64,000 nucleotides of DNA from Takakia lepidozioides (lineage: Eukaryota; Plantae; Bryophyta). Position 1 is the first letter of the stretch, and each line of letters starts with the position of its first letter. Both the position numbers and the translations under genes were made by a program. This document shows positions 62,234-64,000 of the stretch, piece after piece. Below the pieces are notes generated by a model, which was given only the letters and a program-made list of their open reading frames with translations, ran no database searches and had not been told where the DNA came from. The DNA is taken from positions 59,272,001 to 59,336,000 of the forward strand of contig CM060734.1 of the NCBI GenBank assembly GCA_030704615.1. The letters are read 5' to 3'.

Positions 62234-62493
62234 ATCGCCCCCCTAGCTGGTGCATAGGTCCCTCTAAGTCCAGGTAGCCACAAGATATGATAGTGACCAT
62301 AGCCTCACTAAGTCCTCCACCACTATCCCTACTACACTCAAACTCGATAGATCAAGAGGCCGGGTGCAAGAGTTGCCCCATCGTTAGTCGTCATCTTGCA
62401 ACCTGTGAACTTGAGCTTGGGATCTCATGTATTGACTCCTATGAGCTTGGCCTACCATGTCTTGTTAGCTGCCTCCAGTCATGTCCACTGCCA

Positions 62494-64000
62494 CTATCCC
62501 AAGCAGTGTGGACACAACCAATCTCCGTCAGGAACCTTCTCAAGAGGTGGTGTCAAGCATCCCATATGCCAACCCCTTGAGCATCGATCACACACCAGCA
62601 TGGTGGCTGCCCCTTTGGCAGACCCACAGAGCATGCACCTCAAACCTGCAAGTACCACTGCCAAGTTTGGGTCAACTCTGCCATCGACATTGGGAAGGTG
62701 ACATGACGCACAATTACGCACATGGTCCTTCCAAGTCATGCCATCCGGACCCTCTAAGATCAGGACCCCTGAGGGCAACACCTCTCGAACCCTCAGAATA
62801 ACACGCCCTGCAGTAACATCCAGAGTCGTAGGAGCAGTCTGCTGCAAATAAACATAGTCACCAGGGCTAAACCTCCGAACCCCAGGACGATATCCTCCAC
62901 CACGTATAGTGGCATACCTCAATGTATCACGGTGCTGTGCAATGGCAAGGTTCTCAAAAGCCATGGGCATGACTTTCTTGAACAACTCTGCACGCTGATC
63001 ACATGCACGTACCCACACGTCCGGATCGTCAAGGTTAAGGACTTGAGCAGTGTCCCTACGAATGGCTGCAGGCAAATCCGGCTCTCGGCCAAAGAGAAGG
63101 AAATATGGTGAGAAGGAGGCAAGTGATGCTTGTTTGCTGAACCTGTAGCCCATGGCTAACCAAGGAACCTGAAGATCCCAATCTCCTAGGTGTCCTTTCT
63201 GCAAGCCATACTTGCGCAAACCCCTCTTCACCGTCTGAACAACTCTCTCTGCTAAGCCATCGGCCTCAGGATGATCCCGAGAAGTGGTGCGGTGGTCTAT
63301 CAAGGCTTTATCACACAAAGCCTGAAACTCCCCCAAAAACTCTCTCCCTTGGTCCGTGAGTACCTCAGCTGGAGCACCAAATCGGCTAAGCACACGATCC
63401 AAGAATGCATACGCAGCCCCCTCACTAGCTTGTCAGGCAATGGAACCAACTCAATCCACTTGGAGAAGTGTTCCACCATCACCAACACATATCTGTGGTG
63501 GCGCATAGTCAGTGGCAACGGTCCTGCGAAGTCAAGACTCCACTTGTAGCCCAATCCCATGATTGGTAAAGGATGCAACTGTGGTGTAGGGGCGTTGAAT
63601 GAAGCACGCACCCTGTCACACACCATGCACCTAGCCACGAACTGTTGCACCTCTGTATACATACCACGCCACCAATACTGCCCCTGCAGTAAACTGTGAG
63701 TGCGTCGCACTCCAAAATGCCCCAACTCCTCATGGGCATGCCGCACTAACCGTGCACGTGTGTGGGGTGAGGCACAATCCTCACCCGACCATCCTCCCAC
63801 ACTCGAAGTAGGTGTATCCCCTCCCACTTGAACCTCTTGGCTCGTTGCAGGATCCGATCCCTCTCCCTGGCAGTCACAATGGCTGTCGTGTCTCCCGTGC
63901 GGAGGTAGTCCAACACAGCCGAATCCTCATGTATATCTCTGGCACCACCTAGCTCATCACTAGCCTCAGGGTCCTCAGACACTCCGTCTACAGTCATCCC
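62494..64000 (-). pseudogene. Ty3/gypsy pol 3' end: integrase (HHCC, DDE core) with C-terminal PHD finger; two frameshifts; runs off the window
   Basis: AHEELGHFG..YWWRGM..CMVC, WSLDFAGPLP, VEHFSKW, LTDQGREF, DGLAERVVQT. Ends in CMLC..MLVCDRCSRGWHMGCLTPPLEKVPDGDWLCPHC (C4HC3). Confidence 0.9.

Overview
Eukaryotic nuclear DNA from a non-seed land plant, probably a moss. This is inferred from GT-AG multi-exon genes, PLS-type PPR motifs, a CYP71-clan P450 and a flagellar kinesin-II accessory subunit gene. Host genes: a 16-exon kinesin-8B (4440-15305 +), a many-exon KAP3/KIFAP3 homologue (~35.9-44.5 kb +), an intronless DEAD-box helicase RH16/DDX56 (46719-48584 -) head-to-head with an orphan ORF ending in an RxLxF motif, an F-box remnant and a 4-exon cytochrome P450 (54170-56045 +). 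Transposons fill most of the rest: two hAT families, RTE-like LINE fragments, and a Ty3/gypsy 3' end whose integrase ends in a PHD finger. The most notable structure is a three-level nest. An old CRE-type retrotransposon is split by a 13.2-kb insertion (19888-33087) with a 13-bp target-site duplication and a (CT)n tail. That insertion is a Dualen-like LINE with both APE and restriction-like endonucleases. Its reconstructed ~2,700-aa ORF also has a 2A-like motif (DIHPNPGP), a chromodomain and RNase H, and its 5' part carries a tandem array of PPR motifs. A solo LTR has in turn inserted into it. All calls come from reading the sequence by eye; no database searches were run.
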